A stretch of DNA of 10,023 bases from Armatimonadota bacterium (GTDB lineage: Bacteria; Armatimonadota; Zipacnadia; Zipacnadales; UBA5352), in the NCBI GenBank assembly GCA_034722055.1, contig JAYENL010000126.1:1-10023 (forward strand), in the 5' to 3' direction. Shown piece by piece: positions 6,601-10,023 of this stretch (positions are counted from its first letter, which is position 1; each line of letters starts with the position of its first letter). The position numbers and the translations under genes are program-made. The notes under the pieces are model-generated. The model was not told where the DNA came from and searched no databases. It was given only the letters and a program-made list of their open reading frames with translations.

Positions 6601-9600
6601 TCACCTCACGTGCAGCTCGACGGACGTGGCCTCCCCTGAGACGCACTCGACCGCCGACACCCGCCATCTGCCCGCGGGGGCATTCAGCGCAGGCACGAAC
6701 CAGTAGCTGCCTCGGCCGCGCGGCAGGTAGAGCGTCCGGCCGAGATACTCGGGCGCTGAGTCGTCCGGCATCGTCACCTCAACGCGCACCGCATGCGGCC
6801 CCAGGGACTCCGCGGTCCCGCTCACCGAGAGGCGGACCCGGACGCGCTCGCCGCGCGCCACCGTCTCCGGACACCTGGCCGAGAGCGTCTCGACCCGGTA
6901 GGGCAGGACGGCGTACATCTTCGGCTGGCCTACCTCCAGCGTATCCTCGATGCGACCCCCGGGGCCCAGGTAGCGCTGCCCACGCACATCGTAGACGTGC
7001 GAGTCCGGCCTGAGCTGCAGCCGCACTGCGTGCGGCGACTTGTCGTCAACGGAGAAGTCGCGCAGCAGGCCGACATACTCCGTGCCGCCGTCCGCCAGCC
7101 GCGTCACCTCCGTGGCGCTGATGGCATGCCCATGCTTGTGCCGGGGCACGAGCGGCGCGCGCATGTCCGCCAGCTCTTCCAGCAGGGCGCGCATCAGCTC
7201 GCGGACGTCCCGCTCAGTACCGCGCCGCCGCATCTCGTGGTAGGCGTAGAGGTCGGCGTTGAGGTAGACCGCGGCCCCCTCCCCGTAGCGATGCACCAGC
7301 AACGCCGGCGTTCCGTCCTCGTGGTAGCCGTGCGCCATGGCCCCCGCACCCGTGACGGCCTCCCGAAACACGGTCGGCAGCCGGGCGCCGCGCTCCCCGC
7401 GGTAGTCGGCCACCATCTCCAGCGGCTGGCGCAGCACCTCCCGGTCCGCGCGCTCGAGGCCGAAGACATCGTCCAGAGGCCCATTCTCGCGCAGCCGCCC
7501 GTGCAGGTCCCGCAGCCCGCACCGGTAGTCCGCGATCACCAGCCCGCCCTCATCCACGAAGGCCCGGATGCGCGCGAGCTCCTCGTCGGAGAGCGAGACC
7601 GCAAACGGCAGCACCAGCACCTTCATCCGCTCCCGGCTCAAGGCGCCCGCCTCGATCTCCTGCCGGGCCATGGTCCGCGGCTGGAAGCCCAGGTCATGCA
7701 GCAGCAGGTAGAACGCCGCCGAGGCCGGCCCGTAGTGCCCCTTCGGTGCTATGCCGCCCCACATCTCGCGCAGCTTATCGTCCGCGCCGATCCACCGCCC
7801 GACCAGCTCCGGCGCCATCCAGAGCTGCTGCTGCAAGCCGAGGTTGTTGACGTGGTTCCCGACGCCGCTCTCGATCGTGCTGGCATGCCAGTTGTTCTCA
7901 GAGTAGTGAACCGCGATGGGGTCCACGTGCTTGGTCGCGTGTGACAGCAGGGCCGCCGGCCCGGCCTTCAGCTCCCTGGCTGCGCCGGCCATGTCCTCGA
8001 CGATGGGCGTGGGGCTCAGGTCCCACCGGCACGCCCCGTTCGCCGGATGGAGGAACGTGGCGTGCCACCACCAGACGCTGTTCCACCCGTTGAGGGCCAG
8101 GTACCAGGGCACGTAGGCGCCGCCGTAGTCCAGATCGGTGTTGTTCATCCAGCACCCGCTGAAGGCGGCGTCCGGCCGGAACGAGCCGACGGCCTCCCCG
8201 TTGAACAGCTTGGGCGTGTAGCCGTAGGGGAACAGATAGTGGGCGTAGACCTGGACGAGGTCCATGCCGCGAGTGAGCTGCCACCAGTCATAGCCGTCGT
8301 AGCTCGAGAACTGCTCCGCCCCGTCCTGGCCCACGACCGCGCCGGGGTGCTCCTCCTGGATCGCAGCGCGCATCCGCTGCTGGGCCGCCGCGAAGCGGCT
8401 GCTGATGAACATCCGGTAGTCCACCCACGCCGATGGGTTCTCGAGGCTCGGGAGCATCTCCGACTCCCCCGCGAAGCGCACCTCATCCCAGGCGCCGAAG
8501 TCGCTGTCCCACTGGGCATTGAGCGCCTCGATGCTCTCGTATACCTCGCGCAGGTAGTCCTGGAACATGGCCCAGGCCGCCGGGGTGTCGCAGAACCGCC
8601 CCTCCGGTTTGAAAGCGTTGACGTAGTTCTCGTCGCCGAGCGTGTAGGCCAGTGCACCATAGTCTCGATGGCCCCGGGCCGTCTCGCGGGCGCGCTCCTC
8701 CATGTCCGCCAGCCACTGTTCATTGAGCAGTTGACCGGCCAGGGTCACGCCGTGGAAGGCGGTCGTGTAGGGGACCGTGCGCAGGTTCACCAGCGCGGCG
8801 GCGCGGGCCGTCCCGGCGCCTGTGCCGCAGTTGGCGAAGGCATCCGCCGCACCGCTGCGCCGGAGCGTATCGTAGTAGAGGCGCCGCCGCCAGGACCCAC
8901 CCACCCCCGTATTCCAGTAGAGCACATGGAAGTCCGTGGGGCGCACGTTCTCGGGCATGCGGACCTCCGCCGTCGCCCTCGCCTCCGCGCCCCGCTCGGA
9001 GATAAGTGTCACCTCGACGTGATTGAGGACCGACAGTGATCCGGCTGGTGGCGCGACCTGGATCTGCTCCGAGAGCGGCTCCGGCTGTGTCTCCAGGAGC
9101 AGCCGGTTCCACTGATCCCGCCACCGCACCACGGCCCGCAGGCCGTCGGTGGGGCCCTCGACCTGCAGGCGGCATGAGACCTCATCCCCTTCGCCGACCA
9201 CATCCGGGCTTACGGTGAGCTCCGCGATCCGCACCGGCCCGGCGCGGTCGAGGGGCAGCACGTCCCAGTCGAGCGTCGTGCCGTCGCTGCTCACCACCCG
9301 TAGTTCAGCCTGGTACTCGCCCGTCGGCAGCGCCGGCAGGCGGATGTGGCGCTTATCCCCCGGCGCCAGCCGCGTGCGCTGCCGGGCGACCGCTTCGTAG
9401 CTGTCGCGGCGGCGAACGCTTACGTCGAGGCGCGCCTGCCTGGCCTCCGCCACCTCGGGGGTGCCCACGACGATGGCGCCATCGCGCTCCCCAATCTCTG
9501 CCAGCCACAGCGGCCCATTGGGCCGAGCCGCCCGCCACAGGAGCCACCCGGCTCGCGCCGCCGACCGCTCGAAGTCAGACTGCAGCGCTGACGAGCTCAG

Positions 9601-10023
9601 CAGGTAGCCGAAGCGGCTGTCGCTGGGGAGATGATGGTGGACGACGTGCCCGCGGCCACAGCGATACACGTCAGCGACCACCTGCTCCTCTGCCATCGGC
9701 GGAAAGCGTCCGGGCGCCGGCTCCGTCGGCTGCAGTTCCAGGCCACGCGCCGCCAGGTCATCGCGCAGGCCACCGTCCAGGCTGCCGATCATCAGACCCC
9801 GGCCTGACGCCACCGCATCGAGGATCGCATCGCGGACCTCTTCGGGGTAGGCGCTCCACGCCGGGAACCTGCTCATGGCGATGGCGTCCCAGTCCGCGTC
9901 CACCGCCTCCACCAGGTCGGCCAGGACCCGTTCCCGCGTGCGCAGCAGGGAGGGCCAGTAGTGCCCGCCGATGCCGAACTCGCGGACGTTGGAGGGGCCC
10001 GAGACCGGCACGACCGTGCCGTC
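6601..10023 (-). CDS. Large GH42-like glycosidase / beta-galactosidase trimerisation domain-containing protein; 5'-truncated (at least 1140 aa)
   Basis: The frame stays open to the window edge (DGTVVPVSGPS...), so GTG 10011 is probably not the real start. GH42-like signatures: AMFQDYLREVYESIEALNAQWDSDF..WDEV, WVDYRMF, YDWWQL. Trimerisation domain: PIAVHYS...LLHDLGFQP...KVLVLPFAVSLSDEELARIRAFVDEGGLVIAD...GLRD, GTPALLVHRYGEGAAVYL. C-terminal beta domains: HVYDVRG..YLG, HAVRVEVTMPD, PALNAPAGRWRV. TGA stop at 6603-6601. Confidence 0.88.
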   Translation of the reverse strand, partial: DGTVVPVSGPSNVREFGIGGHYWPSLLRTRERVLADLVEAVDADWDAIAMSRFPAWSAYPEEVRDAILDAVASGRGLMIGSLDGGLRDDLAARGLELQPTEPAPGRFPPMAEEQVVADVYRCGRGHVVHHHLPSDSRFGYLLSSSALQSDFERSAARAGWLLWRAARPNGPLWLAEIGERDGAIVVGTPEVAEARQARLDVSVRRRDSYEAVARQRTRLAPGDKRHIRLPALPTGEYQAELRVVSSDGTTLDWDVLPLDRAGPVRIAELTVSPDVVGEGDEVSCRLQVEGPTDGLRAVVRWRDQWNRLLLETQPEPLSEQIQVAPPAGSLSVLNHVEVTLISERGAEARATAEVRMPENVRPTDFHVLYWNTGVGGSWRRRLYYDTLRRSGAADAFANCGTGAGTARAAALVNLRTVPYTTAFHGVTLAGQLLNEQWLADMEERARETARGHRDYGALAYTLGDENYVNAFKPEGRFCDTPAAWAMFQDYLREVYESIEALNAQWDSDFGAWDEVRFAGESEMLPSLENPSAWVDYRMFISSRFAAAQQRMRAAIQEEHPGAVVGQDGAEQFSSYDGYDWWQLTRGMDLVQVYAHYLFPYGYTPKLFNGEAVGSFRPDAAFSGCWMNNTDLDYGGAYVPWYLALNGWNSVWWWHATFLHPANGACRWDLSPTPIVEDMAGAARELKAGPAALLSHATKHVDPIAVHYSENNWHASTIESGVGNHVNNLGLQQQLWMAPELVGRWIGADDKLREMWGGIAPKGHYGPASAAFYLLLHDLGFQPRTMARQEIEAGALSRERMKVLVLPFAVSLSDEELARIRAFVDEGGLVIADYRCGLRDLHGRLRENGPLDDVFGLERADREVLRQPLEMVADYRGERGARLPTVFREAVTGAGAMAHGYHEDGTPALLVHRYGEGAAVYLNADLYAYHEMRRRGTERDVRELMRALLEELADMRAPLVPRHKHGHAISATEVTRLADGGTEYVGLLRDFSVDDKSPHAVRLQLRPDSHVYDVRGQRYLGPGGRIEDTLEVGQPKMYAVLPYRVETLSARCPETVARGERVRVRLSVSGTAESLGPHAVRVEVTMPDDSAPEYLGRTLYLPRGRGSYWFVPALNAPAGRWRVSAVECVSGEATSVELHVR

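Noticed and set aside
3444..9039. Long plus-strand ORFs 3444..4658, 4683..7013, 6793..7944 and 8047..9039
   Set aside because: All overlap well-supported minus-strand genes, largely in antisense codon register, and show no protein-family features.
249..9547. Short alternative-frame minus-strand ORFs (e.g. 249..716, 4105..5082, 8145..8723, 8720..9175)
   Set aside because: Nested within real genes, low-complexity Arg/Gly/Ala/Pro translations, and the main frames are uninterrupted, so there is no sign of frameshifting.
10009..10011. GTG start proposed by the ORF track for the large gene
   Set aside because: The frame is open to the window edge, no SD is visible in the 12 nt upstream and no signal peptide follows; the true start is probably outside the window.

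Overview
High-GC (roughly 70% by eye) bacterial DNA, almost entirely coding. It holds five closely spaced genes (gaps about 27-60 bp), all on the minus strand and probably one operon that runs off both ends. In transcription order: (1) a >1140-aa, 5'-truncated GH42-like multidomain protein with a beta-galactosidase trimerisation domain; (2) a xylose-isomerase-like TIM-barrel 'sugar phosphate isomerase/epimerase'; (3) a ~963-aa secreted protein with several beta-sandwich modules and a compact C-terminal glycosidase-like barrel; (4) a cytoplasmic NodB/CE4-type polysaccharide deacetylase; (5) a secreted heparinase II/III (PL12-like) lyase, 3'-truncated and missing from the supplied ORF track. The locus reads as a glycan-degradation cluster for a uronate/N-acylhexosamine polymer. 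Several enzymes show non-canonical active sites: a GH42-like barrel with an Asp-Glu pair and no visible nucleophile, a TIM-barrel enzyme with Lys/Ile at two metal-ligand positions, and a lyase with altered residues beside its catalytic triad. The long plus-strand ORFs are antisense shadows. No RNA genes, mobile elements or CRISPR arrays were seen. All family assignments come from motif recognition by eye, not from database searches.
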